In this document: positions 19,756 through 29,074 of the stretch, one piece after another
Layout: every line of letters starts with the position of its first letter
How positions within the stretch are numbered: the stretch's first letter is position 1
Assembly (NCBI GenBank): GCA_964586075.1
Contig: CAZPGZ010000017.1
Span: 755-64,754, forward strand
Length of the DNA: 64,000 nt
Direction of reading: 5' to 3'
Source: an uncultured Nitrospiraceae bacterium
GTDB lineage: Bacteria > Nitrospirota > UBA9217
Translations under genes and position numbers: made by a program
Notes under the pieces: model-generated
Told to the model about the DNA's origin: nothing
The model's input: the letters and a program-made list of their open reading frames with translations, nothing else
The model's database searches: none

Positions 19756-20631
19756 TCAGGGATTTTGGGGTGGAATACCCCGCAAAACTTCGTTCACAAT
19801 AAATGATCTGATATGTTCCTGATCTTTTTCGCTGATTTCGACAAACTGGAGCCCTACTCCCGGTTCGCTGTAGGGGCCGGTCCGGGCCGGACAGTTATAT
19901 ACCACTGCTGCCTCTGTGAGGACGCGGTGGCCGTTTAGGTCAACCTGGAGCGAGAGCCGTAGGTTCCGGACGGCATTCCGTGTTGTACGAAGAAACAAGC
20001 CTCGTTCAGACAGTTCCAGAGCATATGCTCCCTCAAAGTCCTCGAGCGGCATATTGGTAACTTTGACCGGCTGGGTCGTCCTGATCCTCATGCTTGTGCG
20101 GGGCGTTTTTTCCGCCGCCACCTGAACAGCGCGATAAAGCAGTTCTGGTGCAATGGGGCGACAAAGGCATTCTACAGCTCCCAGCTCGAAGCAACGCTGT
20201 TTTACAGCCAAGTCATCCTGGTCACTTATGGCGATGACGGGGAGGACGGCCGTGGGTGGATAGTCTCTGAGTTGCTGCATAAAGTCAAAACCGCTCTTTC
20301 CCTTGGGCGGAAGAGCGATAATTATAAGTGCAGGAAGTGCCACGGACGCCATCTGAAGCGCTTCTTCGGCAGTCGAGGCTTTGAAAATCTGATAATTAAA
20401 ACGCTGAAGGAGCAGGGACGTATAGGCGAGGCTGCTCGGGTCGCCGTCTACAACCAACATGAATCGGCTTCTGCGATTTTGTCTGCTGAGTGAGGCGGCT
20501 ATTTTGTGCTCAACCAGGTTCATCTCAACCTCAGAATTGCCCTTATCACCAGCGCATGCATCGGTAGTCTGTTTGAACAGATTTTCAGAAAAACAGTGGA
20601 AACGGAAAATAGCATAATTGATTTTTCTCAC
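19756..20631 (-). CDS. Receiver (degenerate) + PilZ domain protein, paralog 1
   Basis: REC-like N-domain (MLVVDGD) but phosphoacceptor position reads ALP; PilZ motifs RTSMR and LSERG. Confidence 0.65.
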   Translation of the reverse strand: MRKINYAIFRFHCFSENLFKQTTDACAGDKGNSEVEMNLVEHKIAASLSRQNRRSRFMLVVDGDPSSLAYTSLLLQRFNYQIFKASTAEEALQMASVALPALIIIALPPKGKSGFDFMQQLRDYPPTAVLPVIAISDQDDLAVKQRCFELGAVECLCRPIAPELLYRAVQVAAEKTPRTSMRIRTTQPVKVTNMPLEDFEGAYALELSERGLFLRTTRNAVRNLRLSLQVDLNGHRVLTEAAVVYNCPARTGPYSEPGVGLQFVEISEKDQEHIRSFIVNEVLRGIPPQNP

Positions 20632-21389
20632 GCATCTACCGGTGGTATCCCTCTGACAACCTCGGTTCTGACAAAGCGTCGGATAAGGTCCTGGTCGTGG
20701 GATGCAATTTGGGCGAACTGAAGCCCCATCCCCGGCTCGCGGTACATGCCTCTGCCGGTCCGGCTACTATAGAGGACAATTGCAAGCACTTGTATTTTTT
20801 TATCATACAGATGGAATTGACAGGTCAGCTGGGTATGCACACTGGCAGGCTTATGGGTCCGGACAAACATTCCGCCTTCTGATAAATCAGTAGTGCACGC
20901 GTTATCAAAACAGTCGGAAGACGAATCAGTTGCATGAATGGGGAGCAGCGTTCTGATGCGAATATGGGACCGCGGGGTGGTCTCTATGGTTGTTTGAACG
21001 GCCTGATACAATTGCTCAGGTGAAATTGGCTTTGTCAAACACTTTGAAATTCCCTGCTGCAGACATTGTTTTTCGCCGATCAGGTCTTCTTGAGTTCTCA
21101 GGGCGATAAGGGGCACGTCCGCCGTGCTGGGGCTCTGCATGAGCTGTTTCATAAAAGCGAGGCCGTTCTCTTCCGCAAGGTCCGTTGCTATTATCACAAG
21201 AGACGGGACTGCGACCGCTGTCATGGTAAGGGCTTCTTTTGCTGTGGAAGCCGTAAGCGTCTTGTATGCAAAACGCTGGAGCAGCGCGGAAACGAAACAA
21301 AGGTGGTCTACGTTGCTGTCTACAACAAGAAGAAAACGGCCTTTTCGATCAGATTTGTTCCATTCAGCAAGTGTTGCATTCTCATGCAT
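20628..21389 (-). CDS. Response-regulator receiver + PilZ domain protein, paralog 2
   Basis: REC (LLVVDSN, IIATDL, T, KP) + PilZ (RSHIR, DLSEGG); start trimmed to MHENAT with GGAGG RBS. Confidence 0.7.
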   Translation of the reverse strand: MHENATLAEWNKSDRKGRFLLVVDSNVDHLCFVSALLQRFAYKTLTASTAKEALTMTAVAVPSLVIIATDLAEENGLAFMKQLMQSPSTADVPLIALRTQEDLIGEKQCLQQGISKCLTKPISPEQLYQAVQTTIETTPRSHIRIRTLLPIHATDSSSDCFDNACTTDLSEGGMFVRTHKPASVHTQLTCQFHLYDKKIQVLAIVLYSSRTGRGMYREPGMGLQFAQIASHDQDLIRRFVRTEVVRGIPPVDA

Positions 21390-21485
21390 GCCTTTCCTCC
21401 TAGAAAATCCTACAGCAGAAACAACGAAAAAATACGGCAAGACAGCCGTTTTTTTACCGGTATTCTGATTATTTAATCCCTGTTG

Positions 21486-22244
21486 CTAATCGGATAAATA
21501 TTCAATGCCTCGTGTAATCTCGCTCAGAATAAACTGCCGAATAATCTCTCTGTCTGCGGGTGAAATCCTGCGGAACTCAAGGCCCATGCCGAGTTCTTCG
21601 GAAGGATTTCCTATGACATGGTTGCTGTAGAGAACAACCGCTTCAGTAGTGACAAGATTCTTGTCTAATTGTAGCTGAAGAACGAGTCGCGTGTCAATGG
21701 GCGCAGGTCGTGTCGTCGGTAAGAAAATGCCGCGTTCCGAAAGTATGGCTGCAGATGCTCCCCCCAGTCCGTTGAACGACAGGTTGTTCACTTTTACAGG
21801 CAAAAGGGTCTTAATGCGAATGGTGCTGCGGGGTGTTGCTTCAAGAGCTGTCTGAATGATACGATACAGCCTGTCTATGTTGACCGGCGACGGAAGAGAC
21901 TCTGCAACGTGCAATTCACGACAGCGTTTTTCCACCTGTAAATCAATCTGTTTCTGCAATACGATGATAAAAACAGAAGCAATGTAAGGGGTCTGGCGCA
22001 CTTCACGAATGAACTCGAGGCCGGTCATATCAGGAAGGTCCAAGGCAGTGATAATGAGGGACGGACTGGACACAGCGGATATGGCAAGAGCTTCTCTGGC
22101 ATTTGCAGCGGTGCAGATCTGGTAGCCCAGCCGCTGCAGAATAATGGACAGATAGTTAAGATTATATGCATCGCTGTCTACCAGCAGCAGAAACTTGCTG
22201 TTTCTGTCTGTTTTTCGGGGAGCTGTGGTTTTGCTGGAATTCAT
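21486..22244 (-). CDS. Response-regulator receiver + PilZ domain protein, paralog 3
   Basis: REC (LLLVDSD, IITALDLPDMTG) + PilZ (RSTIR, LSERG). Confidence 0.7.
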   Translation of the reverse strand: MNSSKTTAPRKTDRNSKFLLLVDSDAYNLNYLSIILQRLGYQICTAANAREALAISAVSSPSLIITALDLPDMTGLEFIREVRQTPYIASVFIIVLQKQIDLQVEKRCRELHVAESLPSPVNIDRLYRIIQTALEATPRSTIRIKTLLPVKVNNLSFNGLGGASAAILSERGIFLPTTRPAPIDTRLVLQLQLDKNLVTTEAVVLYSNHVIGNPSEELGMGLEFRRISPADREIIRQFILSEITRGIEYLSD

Positions 22245-22333
22245 AATCGTTTATAGTCTTACCATGTTTCACGTTTTAGAGTAAGCCGGCGCTGCTTATC
22301 GTATAGATTTCGGGATATCCCGTAAAGCATTCT

Positions 22334-23143
22334 TTATCGCAGAATCAGGCTGATGGCATTTGTGCTGCATGCCCTGCGGCATAAACCGCATCCGAAGCAG
22401 TTGTGCGGATCAATGCACGCGAGAGATCTTCCGTTTTTAAAAGTGCCGGTGATTGCTTTAAAATGACATTCAGAGGCGCAAAGGCCGCAACCTGTGCAGA
22501 GCAACTCATTTACGTTGGCAACGTGCTCGGCGCGCTGCATGGTCTCTACTCCAATCTGCGCTAGGGTTTTCAAAGCAAGGCATTCGTGGGGAGAACAGTT
22601 GCAAATTGCGCCGATGAAAGGGGTCATCATCGTCCAGATGGTATGAACTGCTCCCTGGGCATCCATTTCCTTCATCTGGGCCACGGCCTCATCCGAAGAA
22701 AGTTGTTCAAGGCCCTCGGAAGAGGCTGTTCCAAAGGAGGCCATATCAATACCGTTGTACCAGGGGTCGGAGCCGTAGCTGACGGCATAGCAGCACCGGA
22801 TTTCTTTTTTTTCCATGCTCCAGCGGCAGGCGCACGGCATGCGTACAACAGTCAAGGCCTGTTTTACCACCGTGCTGATTTCCTCAATGGGCAAAACCTG
22901 GCCGAAATGTTCAACCTTCGCTTTTGCAACGAGGGCTTTTGCCACGGTTTCGGGAAGCTTACCTTTCTTTTTATAGATTGTTTCCAGTCTGCCCAGTGTT
23001 TGAAACCCTTCTGCGAATGTGGTTGTCAGAAAATTTTCTATATACTGCTGGCGACGGATATCCGACAGCAGATCATGGGAATAATTTGCAGCATTTTTGT
23101 ACCATATTTTTCCTTCACCATGGTGTGTGCAGAATTCACACAT
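22334..23143 (-). CDS. 4Fe-4S dicluster domain Fe-S protein, unknown function
   Basis: 269 aa; N-terminal CEFC..H motif, central CxC/CC cysteines, C-terminal CTGCGLCASEC and CFGCGLCRRAC ferredoxin motifs. Confidence 0.6.
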   Translation of the reverse strand: MCEFCTHHGEGKIWYKNAANYSHDLLSDIRRQQYIENFLTTTFAEGFQTLGRLETIYKKKGKLPETVAKALVAKAKVEHFGQVLPIEEISTVVKQALTVVRMPCACRWSMEKKEIRCCYAVSYGSDPWYNGIDMASFGTASSEGLEQLSSDEAVAQMKEMDAQGAVHTIWTMMTPFIGAICNCSPHECLALKTLAQIGVETMQRAEHVANVNELLCTGCGLCASECHFKAITGTFKNGRSLACIDPHNCFGCGLCRRACSTNAISLILR

Positions 23144-23408
23144 AAATACTCCAAACTACAAAAAAGTAATGTTTCATGCATATTGTATAGGAAAAAAAAC
23201 TTGCTGACAATATTAATTGAGCTTTTTCCATTTAAAAAAACGGGGATACTTCCGGGAAGTGCATGGCGGAAACTCGGTTAGACGGCAAAGAGTACAGAGA
23301 TTTTATTTGAAGTGCGTCAATGATAATATGCGTATGGTTTGCAGGTTATATTCGGAGAGAGATGGCTGGCAAGCATTCCTTATACGCCAAACGCTGTCAC
23401 TGTTGACA

Positions 23409-24899
23409 TTACGTAAGGTATTGTTTTACGTTAATTTTAGCTACATTATTATCAATAGTGCCGGAAATAGTACGCTTGTATTTTCCTCCCGCTGTTTCAA
23501 GAAGACTGACTTCAGAGCCATCCTTCTTTTCTGAACCGTCGAATTTGGTAAGAAGAAGCACCCGGGGACGCAAAAGGTCACGAGTCTGATGCCTGACCAG
23601 CCCGATTTCACCGGTGTCCAGTTTCACGAGCGTGCCAGCAGGAAACAATCCCATCATATTAACAAAGGCTTTCACCAGTGTAGGATCGAAGGCAGTGCCC
23701 CGCTTTTTTACTATAATGCGAATTGCCTGCTCCGGCGATATCTGGACTTTATAATATACCCGTGCAGCGGTAAGTGCTTCGTAGGCGTCCGCGAGGGTAA
23801 TAATATGTGAGAAGGGGTGCTGTTGCAGTCTGTCGTCAATCCAGGGGTAGCCTTTATGATTTCCATGCTGATGATGCTCAAATGCAGCAACCATGGCGAG
23901 TTTCGTCATCCCCGGCGTATGGGAGAGAATCAACGCCCCTTCGATGGGATGCCGTTTGACGATCTCCCATTCCTCATCCGTTAACTTGTCCGGTTTATTG
24001 ATAATCTCGTGAGGCACATTCACTTTGCCAATATCATGCAGTAGTCCGGCTACTCCCAGTGCCGCGATCTGCGCTTTACTGAATGAAAGAAAAGATCCGA
24101 GAGATATGGCAAGGATGGCAGTGTTTACCGAATGCGCAAACGTATATTCATCATACATTTTTATGCTGGTCAGGCCCATCAGAGCGTCCCGGTTGTTCAA
24201 AATGTCATCAACCATGGTTTGAACAGTCGTATTGATCTTCCGCATGTTGATCGCTTTGTCCAAATGGACCGTTTCCACCATCTCTTTGACTGTTTCTACG
24301 GCCTCCATAAAAATTTTTGCCGCCTGTTTTTTGCCCTCTTTGAGGGCGCCGCTGACGCCTTTATCAACAACCATTACCCGATGAAGTTCAACATGAGCGA
24401 TCCCCTCTTTTTCGAGGACCTCCGTGATTCCACCCAGAGAGACGAAAAATGCAGGTTCTTTGTTCATCAGAAGGGCAAACCTGACCAGTTCTTTCTGGGT
24501 GAGTTCCGGTTTAAAAATAATTCCGCTTACTTCGAGACCGGTAAACTGTTCCATGAGCTGGGCAAGACCTTGATCCACGGGAATGGAGAGGGTCTCAAAA
24601 AACAGCTCGCCGCCCACAAGGTAGAAGGCGACTTTATCCCGGTCCGTCATCAGTGTCGTAATTGTTCCGAGAAGCTTTTCTGCAGATGCACGAAGGGATG
24701 GATGCTCTTCAGGATACAGAGTCGCATTTCTCATTACCGCGGACAGCTGCTGGAAGGCGGTTTTTGCTGCGCCTATCAGGTGCTGTTTGGCGATAAAGGA
24801 TTCACGATTCTGGTCGGGCCTGTCAAGCTGCGGTTCTGCCATTGCCCTGTCTCCTTGAGATTTCTTCCATGGCCCGCTGCGCAGCGGTCCGGAGCTCAA
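23409..24899 (-). CDS. HD-GYP domain c-di-GMP phosphodiesterase with DUF3391-like N-terminal domain
   Basis: HDIGK...HHQHGNHKGYP HD-GYP signature; 5' end overlaps upstream HEAT gene. Confidence 0.8.
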   Translation of the reverse strand: MSSGPLRSGPWKKSQGDRAMAEPQLDRPDQNRESFIAKQHLIGAAKTAFQQLSAVMRNATLYPEEHPSLRASAEKLLGTITTLMTDRDKVAFYLVGGELFFETLSIPVDQGLAQLMEQFTGLEVSGIIFKPELTQKELVRFALLMNKEPAFFVSLGGITEVLEKEGIAHVELHRVMVVDKGVSGALKEGKKQAAKIFMEAVETVKEMVETVHLDKAINMRKINTTVQTMVDDILNNRDALMGLTSIKMYDEYTFAHSVNTAILAISLGSFLSFSKAQIAALGVAGLLHDIGKVNVPHEIINKPDKLTDEEWEIVKRHPIEGALILSHTPGMTKLAMVAAFEHHQHGNHKGYPWIDDRLQQHPFSHIITLADAYEALTAARVYYKVQISPEQAIRIIVKKRGTAFDPTLVKAFVNMMGLFPAGTLVKLDTGEIGLVRHQTRDLLRPRVLLLTKFDGSEKKDGSEVSLLETAGGKYKRTISGTIDNNVAKINVKQYLT

Positions 24900-26901
24900 G
24901 CTGAAGTTTCCGGGGTTTCCACCATCGAATGCGGGTATATCTCTTTAAAAAATCTGCTGCGTCCCGACCACCGATTTTGGCGAGCGACTTAATAGCTTCT
25001 ATCGTATGATCCTGTTCCCTTTTTTTAATCGGTCGTTTTTCGAGAAAAGCGATAAGAAACCGGGATTCTTCAGCGCTGGCATGGGAGATGCCGGCAAAGC
25101 CCCGAATTGCCATTACCCGGATGTCCTCCTCCGGGTCTTCCAGGAATTTCGCGAGAAGCCCGGCCGCCTTTTTTCCGCCCAGGGAAACCAGTCCCTTGAC
25201 AACTTCTTGCCGTATTCTGGCATCCGGATAATCCGCGACTTTTTGGAAATAGGTGAATGCCTGTTCCGATTTGCTTTCCCCCAGAATGCTTACAACATTA
25301 CGAACAACATACCAGCGATGGTCCGAAAGATATACGCTTAACAGCTGGAGCTGATTCTTCCCAAAATCCTTCAGAAGCCCGAGGAAAAAGACGCGCATCG
25401 ACCTGTCCTGCTCTTCGGCCAGGAGTTCCAGCAGAACTCCCGTGGTTTCGGTTTCGAAAATGGTCAGGTACGCATAGGCAGAGCGGTATTGTGGAGAACC
25501 TTTTGGGTGGGTGCGCATGGCATTGATCGTTTCGGCAATGGTGGCTTTGGAAACAAATTTTTGAATGGCCTCTTCCATGCGGGGTTTAAAAGCGGTTTCT
25601 ACCGGCATTTGAAACGCCCGAAAGATGAGAGAGGCAAGATCATAATCTTGTTGTTTCAGAAGATAGCTGAGAATATCCTCAAGTTGATGGACAATGCCGG
25701 AGAAGACTTCAAGATCATGCTCCTCGGTTGAAGAGCGGTGAGGGTTTCTTACCTGGGGGAGAAGGAAAATGAGGGTGCGTACCGCGGCTTCAATAATGTC
25801 CGCTTCAAGGCCCAATTCTCCCATCGTTTTAAGCTCTTCCATCTCCTGTGTGGTGTATTCTCCCAGTTCTCGCGCCATTTCACCAATATCGGCCGGAACC
25901 GGTTCGGCAACAAGGGTTTGCGGAGAGGGGGGCGGGCCCGATGGTGTCGGTTTTTTTTCTGACGATTTTTTCAAAAGCGCGGTAACCTGTTTCAGATTCC
26001 AGACATTGGAAAAACGGCCGGACAAAATTTCATGAAGTTCATTCGGCACGTGTTCCTCAATTTCTGCTTTTTGTTCGTTTGCCGTTTCTGCGTCGAAGTC
26101 GCCATACAGTTTTCCGCCGATAAGTCCGTCCCGCAACGGCGGTTCAAGTGAAAGGGCTGATTGCGCCAGTTTTTCGAACATGGCATCGCTCTGGTTCGGA
26201 TATTTCTCGCGGATTTCGCGGCCTGCTTCCTGATACAGTGAAAAGAGCCTGTCTTCAACGCTTTCGTGTTCCTCACGGGTCCTTCTGGCGGCTTCCGCCA
26301 TGCCGGCTCCGAAGCCTTCCGGATCGCTCATTAAATCACTGAGAACCAGAGTGCGGCCCGAAGGCAATAGGTCTTGCGGAACCGGGGTCTGAGCAAGCTT
26401 TTGCGCGTTTGCTTTTGCGTCTGTAGCGGCATCTGATTTTACGGAGATGATTTCTCCGAGACCTGCTTCAGTGACCTTGATATTCAGGGCATCCGACTCC
26501 CAGAGAATCGAAGAGATTCCGTTTTTCATTCCCAATTCTTCCGGTGAAAGCGCAAGTGCTTTCAGCAGCAACAGGAGTTCTGCTTCTTGCAGTCCCTCGT
26601 TGAAGAATATTTCCCGCATTCCTTTTGCGAACAGATCCTGCGCCACGGGCTTATTGACTTGCGTATCTTTGCCTACCGGGATGGTTTCGTAGGTAAAATA
26701 TGTTTTTTGAATGCCAAGATGGTACACCGGTGTGGTTTCTAGAAAACGAGACAGTGCTTCGTAGGATTTTTTTATGGACTGCGAATACATGGGATTATTG
26801 GACGGATACAGCTTTACCGCCCTGATAGCGGCAATCAGGCTCCGCATAACATCCGGGACATCAGGAGGGATTGTTCCCTGAGGTTTTGCTTCTTCTTGCA
26901 T
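24823..26901 (-). CDS. HEAT-repeat (PBS-lyase-like) protein
   Basis: about 690 aa; C-terminal HEAT repeats (VVRNVVSILG, IRQEVVKGL, IRVMAIRGF); N-terminal region resembles the N-terminus of the adjacent HD-GYP protein; start trimmed to MQEEAK. Confidence 0.6.
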   Translation of the reverse strand: MQEEAKPQGTIPPDVPDVMRSLIAAIRAVKLYPSNNPMYSQSIKKSYEALSRFLETTPVYHLGIQKTYFTYETIPVGKDTQVNKPVAQDLFAKGMREIFFNEGLQEAELLLLLKALALSPEELGMKNGISSILWESDALNIKVTEAGLGEIISVKSDAATDAKANAQKLAQTPVPQDLLPSGRTLVLSDLMSDPEGFGAGMAEAARRTREEHESVEDRLFSLYQEAGREIREKYPNQSDAMFEKLAQSALSLEPPLRDGLIGGKLYGDFDAETANEQKAEIEEHVPNELHEILSGRFSNVWNLKQVTALLKKSSEKKPTPSGPPPSPQTLVAEPVPADIGEMARELGEYTTQEMEELKTMGELGLEADIIEAAVRTLIFLLPQVRNPHRSSTEEHDLEVFSGIVHQLEDILSYLLKQQDYDLASLIFRAFQMPVETAFKPRMEEAIQKFVSKATIAETINAMRTHPKGSPQYRSAYAYLTIFETETTGVLLELLAEEQDRSMRVFFLGLLKDFGKNQLQLLSVYLSDHRWYVVRNVVSILGESKSEQAFTYFQKVADYPDARIRQEVVKGLVSLGGKKAAGLLAKFLEDPEEDIRVMAIRGFAGISHASAEESRFLIAFLEKRPIKKREQDHTIEAIKSLAKIGGRDAADFLKRYTRIRWWKPRKLQLELRTAAQRAMEEISRRQGNGRTAA

Positions 26902-27022
26902 AGTGTTCAGAATATCATAAGAGTGTTTTAGTGTCAAAAAAAATTGGGGAAGATGCTGACTACGAAACAGCAGCCAAAACAATCACAAAAACGCAGAACG
27001 CAGCGTGTTTCGGGACGGGGTG

Positions 27023-28231
27023 TTAATCAGGAATTGCTTTCTCGACCCGTGAAAGGAGTTCTCCCGTGTGTAACCGGGTGATCAGGAGATCTCCCGCGGC
27101 GACCTGAGACGACTCTTTAAGGATAATGCCGGTAGGATACTTTTTCGTAATGCTGAACCCGCGGGAGAGAATGCCGAGTGGATTCAAATGGCCGAGCGCT
27201 GCTGTGAACGAGAGGAGGGCTGCTCGTTTTTTCTGCATGTTGTTTCCGATTCCCGTCGCGGCCCTTTCCGTCAATTCGTCCACTCGCTGAGCGTACTGTT
27301 CCAGCTGTTGGCGGGGATTTCCGAGAAGCTGCTGGCTTTGTTTGCACAACAAGCGGGTCTGTTCAATACGCAATCGAATATTTCTGATAAGGCCGGCCTC
27401 AAGGGTGGCAAGGCGTTTGCGGAGGTGTTCTTCCGTTTCTACCACCATTTCCGCTGCGGCGGACGGAGTTGGAGCTCGGAGATCAGACACAAAATCCGCA
27501 ATCGTATAGTCCGTTTCATGTCCGACAGCGGATATTATCGGGATTTTCGATGCGGAGAAGGCGCGGGCGACTTTTTCTTCATTGAAGGCCCACAGGTCTT
27601 CGAGAGAGCCACCGCCCCGGCCGATAATCATTACATCCGCCTTCTTCTCGCGGTTGAAAAAGCGGATTGCATCGACAATTGCCGGAGCTGCGTCCGCGCC
27701 TTGTACGGGCACGGGGTAGATAAGGATTTGGATTCGCGGATGCCTTCGTTTCATCACGCGCAGAATGTCCTGCAAGGCCGCACCGCTTGGCGACGTAATA
27801 ATCCCGATGCGCCGGGGAAGCGCCGGGATGGATTTTTTGCGTTCCCGGTCAAACAAACCTTCTTTTTCAAGCCGGGCTTTGAGCTGTTCGAATGCCAGCT
27901 GAAGCGCTCCGATGCCTTTGGGTTCGACATATTCAAGGATGAGCTGGTATTCTCCCCGCGGTTCATAAACAGTGACTCTTCCCCGGCAGGTTACGTACAT
28001 ACCGTGTTGCAGGGTGAATTTTATGAACCGTTGGGCAGAGCGAAAAAGCACCGCGCGGATCTGGCTGTGTTCATCCTTGAGGGTGAAATACGCGTGGCCT
28101 GATTGGGGAAGGCTGAAATTGGAAATTTCTCCTTCAACCCAGATCTCGGGAAGGGAGTTTTCCAAAAGATTTTTAATCCGGCCGGTAAGTTGCGTGACGG
28201 TTAGAATATGGGTTTCCATGATGATGCTCAC
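27023..28231 (-). CDS. xseA: Exodeoxyribonuclease VII large subunit
   Basis: OB-fold N-terminus (LTVTQLTGRIKNLLE...VEGEISNF) and XseA catalytic domain. Confidence 0.85.
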   Translation of the reverse strand: MSIIMETHILTVTQLTGRIKNLLENSLPEIWVEGEISNFSLPQSGHAYFTLKDEHSQIRAVLFRSAQRFIKFTLQHGMYVTCRGRVTVYEPRGEYQLILEYVEPKGIGALQLAFEQLKARLEKEGLFDRERKKSIPALPRRIGIITSPSGAALQDILRVMKRRHPRIQILIYPVPVQGADAAPAIVDAIRFFNREKKADVMIIGRGGGSLEDLWAFNEEKVARAFSASKIPIISAVGHETDYTIADFVSDLRAPTPSAAAEMVVETEEHLRKRLATLEAGLIRNIRLRIEQTRLLCKQSQQLLGNPRQQLEQYAQRVDELTERAATGIGNNMQKKRAALLSFTAALGHLNPLGILSRGFSITKKYPTGIILKESSQVAAGDLLITRLHTGELLSRVEKAIPD

Positions 28232-28255
28232 GGCACTTCATGACTCTGCAAACAG

Positions 28256-29035
28256 TTATGTTTTGATATGTATTCTTTGAATGGAAAGCGCCTTGCCGCT
28301 TTTGGCGTCAATGTCAAGAAGCACTGCACAAAGATGGACCGGCCCCTTCGGGATTTCGAAACGATGCGGGGTTTGATATAAAAACCGCGCGATGGCCTGC
28401 TCTTTTTTCACTCCGATGATTGAGTCTGTGGGGCCTGTCATGCCTACGTCGGTAATAAAGCCGGTGCCGCCCGGAAGGATGCGTTCATCCGCGGTCTGTA
28501 CATGCGTGTGAGTCCCGATCACCGCGCTTGCTTTGCCGTCCAGGTGCCAGGCAAGAGCTATTTTTTCCGAAGTCGCCTCCGCGTGAAAATCAATGATTAT
28601 GACCGGCGTCTGCTTCTTGAGCTTCTCGATTTCGCGTTCGGCGACGCGGAAGGGATTGTCGAGGTTCGACATGAAAACGTTTCCCTCCAGGTTCAGCACC
28701 GCGGCGTCTCCTGCACTGCGCGTGGAGACGACCACGCTGCCGGATCCCGGATTCCCCGCGGGGTAGTTCGCAGGCCTGATAAGCCGGTCTTGTTTATTGA
28801 GATACGGCTCGATTTCTTTTTTATCCCAGATATGATTGCCGGATGTCAGGACGTCGACTCCGAGAAAGAACAGTTCGTCAGCAATCTCTGACGTGATGCC
28901 GAAACCTCCGGCGGCGTTTTCACCGTTTGCAATCACGAGATCAGGGTGATGAGCTTCAATCAAACCGGCGAATTGCGCTTTCAGCGCCTTCCTGCCCGGT
29001 TCTCCGATAATATCACCGATGAATAAAACCTTCAC
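28256..29035 (-). CDS. ymdB: YmdB-like metallophosphoesterase (2',3'-cyclic nucleotide phosphodiesterase family)
   Basis: MKVLFIGDIIGEPGR...GNH..D calcineurin-like motifs; immediately downstream of rny as in Bacillus. Confidence 0.8.
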   Translation of the reverse strand: MKVLFIGDIIGEPGRKALKAQFAGLIEAHHPDLVIANGENAAGGFGITSEIADELFFLGVDVLTSGNHIWDKKEIEPYLNKQDRLIRPANYPAGNPGSGSVVVSTRSAGDAAVLNLEGNVFMSNLDNPFRVAEREIEKLKKQTPVIIIDFHAEATSEKIALAWHLDGKASAVIGTHTHVQTADERILPGGTGFITDVGMTGPTDSIIGVKKEQAIARFLYQTPHRFEIPKGPVHLCAVLLDIDAKSGKALSIQRIHIKT

Positions 29036-29074
29036 GGAATTCCCCCTTGCGCATGTCCTGTCTCCGCAACGCGG

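Noticed and set aside
27188-28102. 304-aa plus-strand ORF antisense to xseA
   Set aside because: No recognisable family. xseA on the opposite strand has clear OB-fold and ExoVII motifs.
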